A stretch of 64,000 nt of DNA from an uncultured Nitrososphaerota archaeon. GTDB taxonomy: Archaea; Thermoproteota; Nitrososphaeria; Nitrososphaerales; Gagatemarchaeaceae. The DNA is taken from the NCBI GenBank assembly GCA_963838925.1, contig CAWISW010000003.1, positions 576,001 through 640,000 on the forward strand. Reading direction: 5' to 3'. This document shows, in pieces, positions 18,376 through 28,362 of the stretch. The first letter of the stretch is position 1, and each line of letters starts with the position of its first letter. Below the pieces are notes generated by a model that was given only the letters and a program-made list of their open reading frames with translations, ran no database searches and had not been told where the DNA came from. The position numbers were made by a program, and so were the translations under genes.

Positions 18376-19233
18376 ATGCCGAGCATCGACGTCGGCGGCG
18401 TGTCGCTCTTCTACGAACGCGCCGGCAGCGGGGAGCCGGTCGTCTTCGCCCACGGCATCCCGACGGACTACCGCGCGTGGGGGAGCCAGGCCGAGGCCTT
18501 CTCCAAGAGGTTCTCGACGATAGCCTACAGCAGGAGGTACGCGGCCCCTAACCAGAGGGCGGGGGACGTCACCGACAGCACCGTCGGCGCAAACGCGGCC
18601 GACCTGAAGGGGCTGATCGAGAGGCTCGGGTTGGGGCCCGTCCACCTCGTTGGCCATTCCTATGGCGGGTTCGCGGCTGCCTATCTCGCGGCCGACCACC
18701 CAGACCTCGTCCGCACCCTCGTCCTCGTGGAGCCGGCCATCGCGACCCTCCTGGTGGAGGACCCAGACAGCTCGGGTCAGATGCTCTCGCTCCTCATCCG
18801 AAGCCCCTCGGTGGCGCTGTCCGCGAGGCGCTTCCAGACGGGCTCCCTCGTGCCTTCGCTGAAGGCCCTCGACTCGGGCAAGGACGAGAAGGCGATTCAG
18901 CTCAACGTCGACGGCATCCAGAACAAGATTGGAGCCTTCGCCTCGATGCCGGACTCGACGAAGAAGATGATGCTCGACAACGCCAAGACCATCGCCGAGC
19001 TCCGGACAAAGCTCCCGCCGTTCAAGGCCAGCGCCGGCAAGATCTCCTGCCGGACGCTCGTCGTCAACGGCCAGGACAGCGCCGTGTGGCTCCGGCGCAT
19101 CGGAGAGCTCGTCGCGCGCGCCGTCCCGAACAGCGAGGCCTTGTCGATAGCGGGCGCCAGGCACTTCCCCCACATGGAGAACCCGTCCGAGTTCAACTCG
19201 AACGTCCTCAAGTTCGTCTCGAAGCGCGAATAA
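18376..19233 (+). CDS. Alpha/beta fold hydrolase
   Basis: VVFAHG, GHSYGG nucleophile elbow, GARHFPHME. Confidence 0.9.
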   Translation: MPSIDVGGVSLFYERAGSGEPVVFAHGIPTDYRAWGSQAEAFSKRFSTIAYSRRYAAPNQRAGDVTDSTVGANAADLKGLIERLGLGPVHLVGHSYGGFAAAYLAADHPDLVRTLVLVEPAIATLLVEDPDSSGQMLSLLIRSPSVALSARRFQTGSLVPSLKALDSGKDEKAIQLNVDGIQNKIGAFASMPDSTKKMMLDNAKTIAELRTKLPPFKASAGKISCRTLVVNGQDSAVWLRRIGELVARAVPNSEALSIAGARHFPHMENPSEFNSNVLKFVSKRE

Positions 19234-19244
19234 GCGCGCCCGCC

Positions 19245-19646
19245 CTACGAGGAGAGCTTCTTCCTGATCTCGTCGGGGATGGCCTTCGCCTTGCCGTCGC
19301 TCCCTATGAACACGTGCACGGTGTGCCCCGTGCAGAGCAGCTCCTTCCCGGGCAGCTTGGTGACCACGTAGTCTAAGCGGACGCTCGACCTCCCGACCTT
19401 GGCCGCCCGCGCATTCACGACCACCTCGTCGTCGTACCTCGCTGACGCCTTGTAGTCGGCGACCGCACGGACGACCGGGGTGTGGAAGCCCATCTTCTGC
19501 ACCTCGCTGTAGGGCAGTCCGACCGACCTGAAGAGCTCCGTCCTCGCCACCTCGAACCAGACGAAGTACTCGGCATAGTAGGCCACCTGCATCGCGTCCG
19601 TCTCCGCGAACCTGACGCGGACCTTCACAGAGTGCTCGGCTGGCAT
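19245..19646 (-). CDS. Acyl-CoA thioesterase (YbgC/4HBT hotdog), probable DHNA-CoA thioesterase
   Basis: VRVRFAETDAMQVAYYAEYFVWFEVAR; directly downstream of menC. Confidence 0.85.
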   Translation of the reverse strand: MPAEHSVKVRVRFAETDAMQVAYYAEYFVWFEVARTELFRSVGLPYSEVQKMGFHTPVVRAVADYKASARYDDEVVVNARAAKVGRSSVRLDYVVTKLPGKELLCTGHTVHVFIGSDGKAKAIPDEIRKKLSS

Positions 19647-19728
19647 GCGCCCGCTCCGTGAGGCGGGCTTCGGCTTTTTACATCCTCGCTTTCCTCGGCC
19701 GCCCGTCGGGCCGGGGGACAACCGCGCC

Positions 19729-20820
19729 CTAGAAGATGTCCCAGGTCTTCAGAGTGGCCTTTGCAAGGAGCTCTCTGTCCAGCTCGACCCCGATGCCAGG
19801 GCCGCGGTTCGGCCTGACCGTCCCGCGTTCCATGACGAAAGGGTTCTTGACGAGGTCCTTCTCGAAGTACCTGTCGTTGGGCGAGGTGTCCCCGGGAAAG
19901 TCGACGCTTCCTTGGGCGGCGAGCGCTACGTTGAACGCCCTCCCCACGCCGGTCTCCAGCATGCCCCCCACCCAGACGTGCGCCCCCATGCTCCTCGCGT
20001 TCCTCGCGATCTCCATCGAGGAAGTCAGGCCGCCGACCCTGCCTGGCTTGATGTTGATGACCTTCGCCGCGCCGGAGCGTACGGCCTCCTCCGCCCTCTC
20101 CAAGCTGGTCACTGACTCGTCCAGGCAGATGGGCGTGGAGATCTCCTTCGCGAGCGCCGCGTGGTCTGCGATGTCGTCGAACGCGAGCGGCTGCTCCAGG
20201 TACTGCAGCCCGAACCTGTCGATTCCCTTCAGCTCTGCCAAGTCCCTCCGAAGCCCGAAGCACCCGTTCGCGTCCGCGCTCAGCGGGATCTCAGGAAAGT
20301 CGTCCCTGATCCGCCTCAGCCTCTCGAGCGCCGTCTCCCTCTCGATTTTCACCTTGATCCTCATGTATCCTCGCTCAATCGCGCTCTCGATCAGGGACCT
20401 CACATGCCCCTCGTTGCCTAGCCCGATGGCGACGCCGGCCTCCGCGTGCCCCCTCGAATCTCCCAACTGCAGGTCGAGGGGTCGGCTGCCAGACTTGGCC
20501 ATGTAGTCCCAGAGGAGCATCTCGACGGCGGACTTCGCCATCACGTGACCCTTCACACGCCACACGGCCTCGCGGAACTTCCCAGGCGTGGGCGGCTCAG
20601 CCCGAATCTCGCCGGCGAAGAGCTCCCTGATGGCCCGCAGCGCGGTCCCGTTGTCCTCCCCCGTGAAAGACGGGGCCTCGTCGGTGATGCACTCGGAGAG
20701 CGCCTCAATGCCGCCGTGCTCCAGCCGGAGAATCAGCGCGTTCCTAGCTCGCATCGTGTGGGTGGAGTCGGAGAACGGGGAGCGCAAAGGCATCCTGACG
20801 AGGCTTACCCTGAAGCTCAA
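19729..20820 (-). CDS. menC: o-Succinylbenzoate synthase (OSBS/NAAAR type)
   Basis: RIKVKI, SADAN, LEQP, ICLDES, INIKPGRVGG, WVGGMLETGVGR, PGD; TTG start at 20820 about 27 bp after TTAAAG. Confidence 0.9.
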   Translation of the reverse strand: MSFRVSLVRMPLRSPFSDSTHTMRARNALILRLEHGGIEALSECITDEAPSFTGEDNGTALRAIRELFAGEIRAEPPTPGKFREAVWRVKGHVMAKSAVEMLLWDYMAKSGSRPLDLQLGDSRGHAEAGVAIGLGNEGHVRSLIESAIERGYMRIKVKIERETALERLRRIRDDFPEIPLSADANGCFGLRRDLAELKGIDRFGLQYLEQPLAFDDIADHAALAKEISTPICLDESVTSLERAEEAVRSGAAKVINIKPGRVGGLTSSMEIARNARSMGAHVWVGGMLETGVGRAFNVALAAQGSVDFPGDTSPNDRYFEKDLVKNPFVMERGTVRPNRGPGIGVELDRELLAKATLKTWDIF

Positions 20821-20923
20821 CCTGGGGGCTCGGTCATCCCTCCGCGCTTTAACGTTTGGGCTCTCGATGTCCTGCAAACGCTTAATACCACTGAGCCGTG
20901 GTAATCGGAAAGCAGGAACGAGC

Positions 20924-22393
20924 ATGCCTCCCCATCGAAGCGCCTCCTTGTCGCTCGCCGAGCCCCTCCAGCGCTCGCTCCTCCAAGAGTGGGTCGACCG
21001 CTCGATCTCTGAAGCCATCTTGGAGGCCAGGAAGAGGGGCGCGCCCGTGCTGCACGTCAGCCGCAGCAGAGTCGAGTGGGGGCTGCCTCTTTGCGCGTTC
21101 GATTCTTCGGTCGAGGACGTCAACTTCTTCGGAGGCCGCGAGGCGACCGTCTTGGGGGTCGGGACCGCTGAGGTGCTGGAGCCTGGCTCTCCGAGGCTCT
21201 TGGGCAGCGGGGCGACGAGGAGCCTGCTCGGGCAGGGCATCGTCTCGACGGAGGACGCCTCCAAGATCGTGGTTATGGGGGGCTGGGGGTTCCCTCCTCG
21301 GCGCGGGCAGAAGGAATCCGGAATCTGGCGCGACTTTCAGCCGTCTCGCTGGGTCATCCCCGCGTTCACCCTCACCGCCAGGGGCGAGGACGTCGAGCTA
21401 GCGCTTTCAGTCCGTGCAGCGCCCTCCTCCAAGGAGGCGCCGCTGCGCGCGCGGTACCGTGCCATGGTCGCCGCGATGCGGCCGCTCCCGTCCAACGAGA
21501 CCGGCAGACCTCCTGCCGCGGAGGCGAGCATTCCGAAGGTGGCTAGCGCGAGGAGCATACCTTCTCGAAAGAGCTGGGTCTCTCTCGCTCAGGATGCAAT
21601 CGATTCCATCTCGAGGGACGAGCTGAAGAAGGTCGTGCTTTCGCGCGCCGTCTCCCTCACTTTCCACGACGACGTCCCTGCCTCCGCGGTCCTGGAGAGG
21701 CTGATCTCGCTCAACCCCGACTCGACGGTCTTTGCCGTGAAGAGGAGAGGCTCGGTCTTCCTCGGAGCCAGCCCAGAGAGCCTCGTCTCGGTGAAGAACG
21801 GGGATGTCGAGGTCGACTGCCTCGCTGCCTCCACGCCGAGGAGCAGCGATTGGGAGAAGGACGAGAGCCTGGGGGCGCGCCTGCTGGAGGACTCAAAGTC
21901 CAGCAGGGAGCACCAATTCGTCGTAAGGGCGGCGGTCAGGGCGCTCTCTCCCATCAGCTCGAAGGTCGATGTCCCCGACGAGCCCGTCCTGAAGAAGCTG
22001 ACGACGATCCAGCACCTCTACACTCCTGTGAAGGCAAAGCTGCTCGACGGGAAGGACGTGTGGGACGCCGCGCAGGCGCTCTGGCCGAACCCCGCCATCG
22101 GAGGGGAGCCCAAGGACAAGGCGGTGGCCTGGATCCGCAGGTTCGAGGAGCTGGGCAGAGGCTGGTACTCGGGCGTTGTGGGCATTCTGAGCGCGAGCCT
22201 CGACGAAGCGAGCATGGTGGTGGGCATCAGGTCTGGCGTGATCAGGGGAAGGCAGGCGGTCATCTACGCGGGCGCTGGGCTCGTCGCCGGCTCGGAGCCC
22301 CAAGAGGAGTTCGAGGAGACAGCCTGGAAGCTCAGGACAATGGGCAGGGCGCTGGGAATGCGCGATGGCGACGACGCCATCGGCGAAGGGTGA
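20924..22393 (+). CDS. menF: Isochorismate synthase
   Basis: LKKVVLSR, FLGASPE, CLAAS, KSSREHQFVV, IQHLYT, PNPAIGGEP, RGWYSG, YAGAGLV.GS.P..EFEET. Confidence 0.88.
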   Translation: MPPHRSASLSLAEPLQRSLLQEWVDRSISEAILEARKRGAPVLHVSRSRVEWGLPLCAFDSSVEDVNFFGGREATVLGVGTAEVLEPGSPRLLGSGATRSLLGQGIVSTEDASKIVVMGGWGFPPRRGQKESGIWRDFQPSRWVIPAFTLTARGEDVELALSVRAAPSSKEAPLRARYRAMVAAMRPLPSNETGRPPAAEASIPKVASARSIPSRKSWVSLAQDAIDSISRDELKKVVLSRAVSLTFHDDVPASAVLERLISLNPDSTVFAVKRRGSVFLGASPESLVSVKNGDVEVDCLAASTPRSSDWEKDESLGARLLEDSKSSREHQFVVRAAVRALSPISSKVDVPDEPVLKKLTTIQHLYTPVKAKLLDGKDVWDAAQALWPNPAIGGEPKDKAVAWIRRFEELGRGWYSGVVGILSASLDEASMVVGIRSGVIRGRQAVIYAGAGLVAGSEPQEEFEETAWKLRTMGRALGMRDGDDAIGEG

Positions 22394-22399
22394 CCGCAG

Positions 22400-24151
22400 A
22401 CGAGCGACTTCGAGGCGTACGCGCAGTCATTCGTCGACGGGCTGATTGACGCCGGCGTCAAGAACGCCGTGATCTGCCCAGGCTCGAGGTCGACGCCCAT
22501 CGCTATCGCGTTTGCAAAGAGGGCGGGCGACGTCAAGCTGTGGGTCCTCTACGACGAGAGGTCTGCAGCCTTCTTCGCCCTCGGGATGGCAAGGAGCTCC
22601 TCGCTCCCGGTGGCCATCGTCTGCACGTCTGGAACGGCGGCCGCAAACCTCTTTCCCGCTGTCGCCGAGTCCAAGCTGGCCCGCGCCCCCCTCATCGCGG
22701 TGACGGCCGACAGGCCCCCCGAGGCGCGAGACTTCGGCGGTGCCCAGACGATCGACCAGGTCGGCCTCTTCACCTCCCACGTGAAGTGGTCTCAGGACAT
22801 GCCCGTTGCTGCAGACTCCGACTCCCTCATCCGTTACGCCCGCCTTGTGGGCGCCCGCGCGTCGGACACCGCGAGGTCCGTCCCCCAAGGACCAGTCCAG
22901 GTCAACTTCTCGTTCAGGGAGCCCCTGGTGTCAGGCCCCTCGTCTCCTACGGGAGACGAGCCACGGAGCGGGGCCGGGATCACCGTCGTCGGCGCCAAGT
23001 CCTACGCAGATGATGAGGAGGTCAAACGCGCTGCCGAGAAGCTGAGGGCTCATCCCAAGGGAATCATTGTAGCCGGGCCCGGACACTACAGCGCTCCTTT
23101 GCGCGAAGAGCTCTCGAAGCTCTCCGAGCGGCTGGGCTGGCCCATCGTCGCGGACGTCCTCTCCAACCTGAGGCAGGACGGCGCGCTCCGCTCGGGGCTC
23201 GTGAGGTCATACGAGCCGCTGGTCCGCAGCGCGGGCTTCAAGGCGAACAGGCCCGAGTGCGTCGTGCGCCTGGGCGGGGTCCCCACCTCGAAGGAGTTGA
23301 ACTCCTTCTGCCAGGGCGTCCCGACCTTCCTGCTCGACGACGGGAACGGGTGGCGAGACCCAGACTTCGGGGCGTCGACCATGATATTCGGCGACCTCGA
23401 GCACTCGGTCTCCTGCCTGAGCGACGCGCTCGCGGGCTCGCGCGCACCCGCCTCGGACTGGCTGAACCTCTGGCTCAGCGCAGGGGCGGACGCCGAGGCC
23501 AGCGCGGAGTCGCTGATGGGGCCGATGGAGGAGCTGTTCGAGGGCAAGCTGTTCCACCTGCTGTCCAAGAACCTGGACCCCTCATCTCCGCTAACGGTCG
23601 TCGTTGGGAGCAGCATGCCGGTCCGCGACCTCGACTACTTCTTCCTCCGCGGCAGCAAGCACGTCCGATTCCTAGCAAACCGCGGTGCAAACGGGATCGA
23701 CGGGGTCGTTTCCACCGCCATGGGGGTCTCAGCCTCGGAGGGCAACGTCCTCCTGGTGCTGGGAGACATCTCGTTCTACCACGACATGAACGGCCTGCTG
23801 GCCTCAAAGCTCCACAAGCTCAACGCGACGGTCGTGGTCGTCAACAACAGGGGCGGCGGGATCTTCTCCTTCCTCCCCCAGCACTCCCTCCCCAAGGGCC
23901 TCTTCGAGAAGCTCTTCGGCGAGGCGCACGACCTCGACTTCTCTGGCGTCAGGCTGATCTACGGCGGCGAGTTCACCCGCGTCTCCGACTGGGACTCGTT
24001 CAACCGCGCGCTGGCGTCCGCCATCAAGGGAAAGGGGCTCAAGGTCATCGAGCTCATGTCCCCGGACAGGGAACGGAACCTAGAGCTGCACAAGAAGGCC
24101 TTCCAGGCGCTCTCCTGGTCTTCTTCCGCAACGAGGGAGGTGCCGCGGTGA
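22400..24151 (+). CDS. menD: SEPHCHC synthase
   Basis: CPGSRSTP, DERSAAFFALG, CTSGTAAAN, TADRP, SSMPVRD, NRGANGIDG, GDISFYHD, NN.GGGIF; conserved N-terminal helix lies upstream of GTG 22469, so an ACG start at 22400 is proposed. Confidence 0.9.
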   Translation, partial: TSDFEAYAQSFVDGLIDAGVKNAVICPGSRSTPIAIAFAKRAGDVKLWVLYDERSAAFFALGMARSSSLPVAIVCTSGTAAANLFPAVAESKLARAPLIAVTADRPPEARDFGGAQTIDQVGLFTSHVKWSQDMPVAADSDSLIRYARLVGARASDTARSVPQGPVQVNFSFREPLVSGPSSPTGDEPRSGAGITVVGAKSYADDEEVKRAAEKLRAHPKGIIVAGPGHYSAPLREELSKLSERLGWPIVADVLSNLRQDGALRSGLVRSYEPLVRSAGFKANRPECVVRLGGVPTSKELNSFCQGVPTFLLDDGNGWRDPDFGASTMIFGDLEHSVSCLSDALAGSRAPASDWLNLWLSAGADAEASAESLMGPMEELFEGKLFHLLSKNLDPSSPLTVVVGSSMPVRDLDYFFLRGSKHVRFLANRGANGIDGVVSTAMGVSASEGNVLLVLGDISFYHDMNGLLASKLHKLNATVVVVNNRGGGIFSFLPQHSLPKGLFEKLFGEAHDLDFSGVRLIYGGEFTRVSDWDSFNRALASAIKGKGLKVIELMSPDRERNLELHKKAFQALSWSSSATREVPR

Positions 24152-24152
24152 G

Positions 24153-25007
24153 ATGCCCGAGCTGAAGGCGAGCAGAGGCAGGCCGGAAATCTGGTACGAC
24201 ACCTTTGGGAACCGCTCCGACGACCCGCTCGTCCTGCTCCACGGGTTCACGGGGACGCACCACACCTGGGACGCCCTGCGCGAGCGGCTCGGTGCGGCCA
24301 ACCTGCTGATCCTCCCAGACCTACCGGGCCACGGCAAGTCGGGCGTCTCTTCCTCGAGCGCCGAGATGGGCGTGCAGGCGACCTCCGACGCCGTGGCCGA
24401 GGTCGCAAGGCTCGCCTCCGGCGGGAGGAAGGCCGCGCTCCTCGGGTACTCCCTGGGGGGCAGAGTCGCCCTCGACCTCGCCTGCAGGCACCAAGGGCTC
24501 CTGAGCTGCCTCATCCTCGAGGGAGCCTCGCCCGGCATCGAGCGCGACGACGAAAGGCGTGCGAGGAGGGCCGAGGACGAGGCCCTGGCGGATGAGATAG
24601 AGAAGCGAGGGGTCGAGTGGTTCGTCGACCACTGGCAGGATACCCCACTCTTCGCGACCCAGAAGGAGCTCCCCGCGCCGATCTTCGAGGGGATAAGGCG
24701 CGACCGCCTCTCCAACTCCCCCCACGGCCTCGCGATGAGCCTCCGCGCCGCTGGCGTGGGAGAGATGGTCCCCCTCTGGAAGTCGATGGAGGCCGTCAGG
24801 ATACCTGTACTCATAGTGGTCGGGAAGAGAGACAAGAAGTACGCGGAGAGCGGCGAGGCCATGCGAAGGAGGATACCCGGAAGCGTCGTGGCGGAGGTGG
24901 AAGGCGCTGGGCACTGCGTCCACTTGGAGAAGCCCATGGAGTTCGCGGTCTTGGTGGAGCGGTTTCTCAAGGACCGCTCCGTGATGTTGCGGGCGGCGGA
25001 GGAGTGA
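24153..25007 (+). CDS. menH: SHCHC synthase
   Basis: LLHGFTG, DLPGHG, GYSLGGRVA, SPGIE..ERRARR..D, W...PLFATQ, GAGHCVHLE. Confidence 0.9.
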   Translation: MPELKASRGRPEIWYDTFGNRSDDPLVLLHGFTGTHHTWDALRERLGAANLLILPDLPGHGKSGVSSSSAEMGVQATSDAVAEVARLASGGRKAALLGYSLGGRVALDLACRHQGLLSCLILEGASPGIERDDERRARRAEDEALADEIEKRGVEWFVDHWQDTPLFATQKELPAPIFEGIRRDRLSNSPHGLAMSLRAAGVGEMVPLWKSMEAVRIPVLIVVGKRDKKYAESGEAMRRRIPGSVVAEVEGAGHCVHLEKPMEFAVLVERFLKDRSVMLRAAEE

Positions 25008-25016
25008 GCCGGAGCC

Positions 25017-25886
25017 ATGCCCGCGCGTGTTGCGATGAAAAACAACGGCAGAGAAAAGCAGCGAAAGGCGCCGGGCGGCTGGGAGACGGTGAAGGAGTAC
25101 GAGGACATACTCTTCCAACGCAGAGGGGGGATCGCGAAGCTCACCATCAACCGGCCCAAGGTGAGGAACGCGTTCAGGCCTGAGACCCTCTTCGAGCTCT
25201 CAGACGCCTTCTCCACCGTCCGAAACGACCCGACCCTCGGCGTGGCCATCTTCACCGGCGCCGGGGACAAGGCGTTCTGCTCAGGAGGGGACCAGAGGGT
25301 CAGGGGTCACTCGGGCTATGTGGACAAGCAGGGAGTCCCCCGTCTCAACGTACTCGAACTCCAGAAGCAGATCCGGAGCCTCCCGAAGCCGGTGATCGCG
25401 ATGGTCGCCGGGTACGCCATCGGGGGCGGGCACGTCCTCCACCTCGTCTGCGACCTCACGATCGCCGCCGACAACGCGGTCTTCGGACAGACCGGCCCGA
25501 AGGTGGGCAGCTTCGACGCCGGATTCGGGGCGGGGCTCCTCGCGCGAATGGTGGGGCCCAAGAAGGCGAAGGAGATCTGGTACCTCTGCAGGCGATACGA
25601 CGCGCAGGAGGCCCTCGACATGGGCCTCGTGAACACGGTCGTCCCCCTCGCCCGCCTCGAGGAGGAGACCCTGAAATGGAGCGAGGAGATACTACAGATG
25701 AGCCCGACCGCCATCCGGCTGATGAAGGCGGCCTTCAACGCGGACACCGACGGCCTCGCCGGGCTACAAGAGCTCGCAGGGGACGCCACGATGCTATACT
25801 ACATGACGGAGGAGGCGAAGGAAGGGAGGGACGCCTTCCTCCAGAAGAGGAAGCCGAACTTCAAGAAGTATCCGTGGCTGCCTTGA
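25017..25886 (+). CDS. menB: 1,4-dihydroxy-2-naphthoyl-CoA synthase
   Basis: [43 protein letters not shown]; alternative start ATG 25035. Confidence 0.97.
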   Translation: MPARVAMKNNGREKQRKAPGGWETVKEYEDILFQRRGGIAKLTINRPKVRNAFRPETLFELSDAFSTVRNDPTLGVAIFTGAGDKAFCSGGDQRVRGHSGYVDKQGVPRLNVLELQKQIRSLPKPVIAMVAGYAIGGGHVLHLVCDLTIAADNAVFGQTGPKVGSFDAGFGAGLLARMVGPKKAKEIWYLCRRYDAQEALDMGLVNTVVPLARLEEETLKWSEEILQMSPTAIRLMKAAFNADTDGLAGLQELAGDATMLYYMTEEAKEGRDAFLQKRKPNFKKYPWLP

Positions 25887-27481
25887 AGGAAGCACTAGGC
25901 AGGGAGGGACCGCAGGCGCCGGACTGGCTTCTTTGGCGGTCAGGCGTCTCCCCAGAGGCGCTGGCCGTGAAGGTCGGGTCGCTCGAGTGGTCCTACGGGG
26001 AGCTTCAGAAGCACGTGAGCACCCTCTCCGCAGCCCTCCTTTCGAAGGGGGTCGAGAGAGGGGGCAGGGTGGCCCTTCTCATGGCCCCCTCCGAGCGCTA
26101 CATCGCCATCGTGCACGCAATCGCGAGGGTCGGGGCGGTCGGCGTCCCCCTCAACCACAGGCAATCGACGCCCGAGCTGCTCGCCCAGCTAAGAGACTCG
26201 GCTCCCTCTCTGGTGGTCCATGACGGCTCCCTCGGCGACAGGACGAAGGAGCTCAAGGCTGCCTCCCCAAGCGGCAGGGGCAAGGCGAAGGGAGCAACCC
26301 ATCGGCCCCGATGGGTGCTCGCGGCTGAGCTCGCGCACGGAGCGGCCTCGGCTCGCGCGAAACGGATCCCAGGCGACCAACTCGACCTCGCCGCCCCGCA
26401 CGCCATCATCTACACCTCGGGCTCGAGCGGGGCCCCGAAGGGCGTCGAGCTCACGCTCTCGAACCTCATGTGGAACGCGATATCGGTGGGGTTCCGGACA
26501 GGCGCATCCCCCAAGGACAGATGGCTGCTGTGCATGCCCCTCTTCCACGTGGGAGGGTACGCCATCATCTTCCGCAGCGTCCTGCACGGGAGCGGGATGG
26601 TGTTGCACCCCAAGTTCGACCCGAAGCTCGTCTCTAGGTCGCTCGACGTCGACGGGGTAACCATGGCCTCCTTCGTCCCCACGATGCTCGCCGACCTGCT
26701 CGAGGCCCGAGGAGGCAAGCCCTTCGACCCGAGGGTGAGGCTCATCTTCCTCGGTGGCGGCCGCCCGCCAGCCAAGCTGGTCACGGCCATCAGGGAACGC
26801 CGGCTCCCAGTGCTGTTGACCTACGGCATGACGGAGACCTGCTCCCAGGTTGCCGTCTCGAACGCCTGGTTGTCCTCGGATGGACCCGCCTACAAGCCGG
26901 TCTTCCCCAGCGAGGTCGCCGTGATGAGGCCGGTGAGAAATGCCCGCCCGTCCTTCGCGGAGCCAGACGAGGTCGGCGAGGTGGCGGTGCGAGGGCCGAC
27001 CCTCTTCAAGGGCTACTGGCGGAAGCCGAAGCTCACTGCCGACCGGCTGAGGGGCGGGTGGTTCTTCACCGGCGACCTCGGGAAGCTCCAGCGCAGCGCG
27101 TCGCTGCACGGACGGACCGCGGGCGGGATCGTGATACTAGGCAGGAGGGAGGAGACGATAGTCAGCGGAGGGGAGAAGGTCTTCCCGGCAGAGGTCGAGT
27201 CGGCTCTTCGAGACCACCCCGCGGTGAGGGACGCGGTGGTGTTCGGCGTCGACGACGAGAGGTGGGGCCAGAGGGTCGTGGCTGTCGTCGAGGCCAACTC
27301 GGAGCTCCCGAGCGGCCGACCAACAGCGTCGGAGCTCAGCACCTTCCTGAGGGAGAGGGTGGGTCGCTACAAGATACCGAAGGAGTACCACTTCTTGGCA
27401 GCGTTTCCCCGCACCCACACTGGCAAGACGAGGAGGGCGGCGGTCCGTCTGCTCCTCGAGGGCAGGGTGGGCCAAAGCTGA
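25883..27481 (+). CDS. menE: o-Succinylbenzoate--CoA ligase
   Basis: [46 protein letters not shown]; TTG start overlaps menB stop. Confidence 0.9.
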   Translation: MKEALGREGPQAPDWLLWRSGVSPEALAVKVGSLEWSYGELQKHVSTLSAALLSKGVERGGRVALLMAPSERYIAIVHAIARVGAVGVPLNHRQSTPELLAQLRDSAPSLVVHDGSLGDRTKELKAASPSGRGKAKGATHRPRWVLAAELAHGAASARAKRIPGDQLDLAAPHAIIYTSGSSGAPKGVELTLSNLMWNAISVGFRTGASPKDRWLLCMPLFHVGGYAIIFRSVLHGSGMVLHPKFDPKLVSRSLDVDGVTMASFVPTMLADLLEARGGKPFDPRVRLIFLGGGRPPAKLVTAIRERRLPVLLTYGMTETCSQVAVSNAWLSSDGPAYKPVFPSEVAVMRPVRNARPSFAEPDEVGEVAVRGPTLFKGYWRKPKLTADRLRGGWFFTGDLGKLQRSASLHGRTAGGIVILGRREETIVSGGEKVFPAEVESALRDHPAVRDAVVFGVDDERWGQRVVAVVEANSELPSGRPTASELSTFLRERVGRYKIPKEYHFLAAFPRTHTGKTRRAAVRLLLEGRVGQS

Positions 27482-28347
27482 AGCTGGGCCAGTTCGTCAG
27501 GCTCATCCGCGTACCTACCCTCGCGGCCACGGCCGTCCCCATGATGGTCGGCGGCGCCCTGGCAACCAACAGCGGGAGATTCGGCCTCGCGAGCTGGCTC
27601 GACATCCTGCTCGTGGCGCTGCTCATGCAGATCGCGACCAACGCCCTCAACGAATACGGCGACTACCGCCACGCGGTGGACACCGTGCCCTCGGCTGGGT
27701 TCGCAGGGATAATCGTCTCGGGCGAGGTCCGCGCGAGCGAGGTCCTCTACACGGCTTCAGCGTGCTACGGGCTGGCCTTCGTCCTCGGGATACTGCTCGT
27801 CCTCGAAAGAGGGGTCGCGCTCCTCGTCCTCGGCGTCGTCGCCATCCTGGCGGGCGTCCTCTACTCCGAGGGCCCCCTCCCGGTCTCCTCGACCCCGTTC
27901 GGAGAGGTGCTCGTAGGCGTGATAATGGGGCCCATCGAGGTGGTCTCCGCGAACATCGCCGCCTCGGGAGCCTACGCTTCGCTCTCGCTCACCTACTCGA
28001 TCCCGGTCGGGCTGATGGTGACCTCAATCCTCCTCGCGAACAACCTTCGGGACGTTGACAAGGACCGAGAGCACGGGCGCAGGACGATTGCCGTCATGGT
28101 CGGGAGGAGGCGCGGCTCGATCATCCTGCTCGGTCTCATCGCCTCGGCCTTCCTCTGGTCGGTGCCCGCGTTCCTCATCTACTCCGCGCCGACCTCCGTC
28201 TTCCTGCTGTGGCTCGCGCTCCCGGTCGCGGTCAAGGGCTGCGCGGAGCTCATGGAAGGAAAGGCTTGGGACAACTCGGTGACGGTGGTGGCGAGGATCC
28301 ACGTCCTCGTCGGGCTGCTGCTCGCAGTTTCGCTTCTGAAGATCTAG
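27478..28347 (+). CDS. menA: DHNA polyprenyltransferase (UbiA family)
   Basis: R.PTL, QIATNALNEYGDY, ILLANNLRDVDKD...GRRT; homology begins at CTG 27478 overlapping the menE stop. Confidence 0.88.
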   Translation: MKLGQFVRLIRVPTLAATAVPMMVGGALATNSGRFGLASWLDILLVALLMQIATNALNEYGDYRHAVDTVPSAGFAGIIVSGEVRASEVLYTASACYGLAFVLGILLVLERGVALLVLGVVAILAGVLYSEGPLPVSSTPFGEVLVGVIMGPIEVVSANIAASGAYASLSLTYSIPVGLMVTSILLANNLRDVDKDREHGRRTIAVMVGRRRGSIILLGLIASAFLWSVPAFLIYSAPTSVFLLWLALPVAVKGCAELMEGKAWDNSVTVVARIHVLVGLLLAVSLLKI

Positions 28348-28362
28348 GAGGGCAGGGCCGCT

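Noticed and set aside
20588-21264. Apparent long overlap of the menC and menF ORFs
   Set aside because: An artefact of longest-ORF calling. Homology begins at about 20820 (minus) and 20924 (plus), with divergent TATA-like boxes between them.
22391-22393. Selenocysteine recoding of the in-frame TGA between menF and menD
   Set aside because: The position is a linker rather than a Cys-equivalent site, and I see no SECIS or sel genes. Only generic read-through is kept as an alternative.
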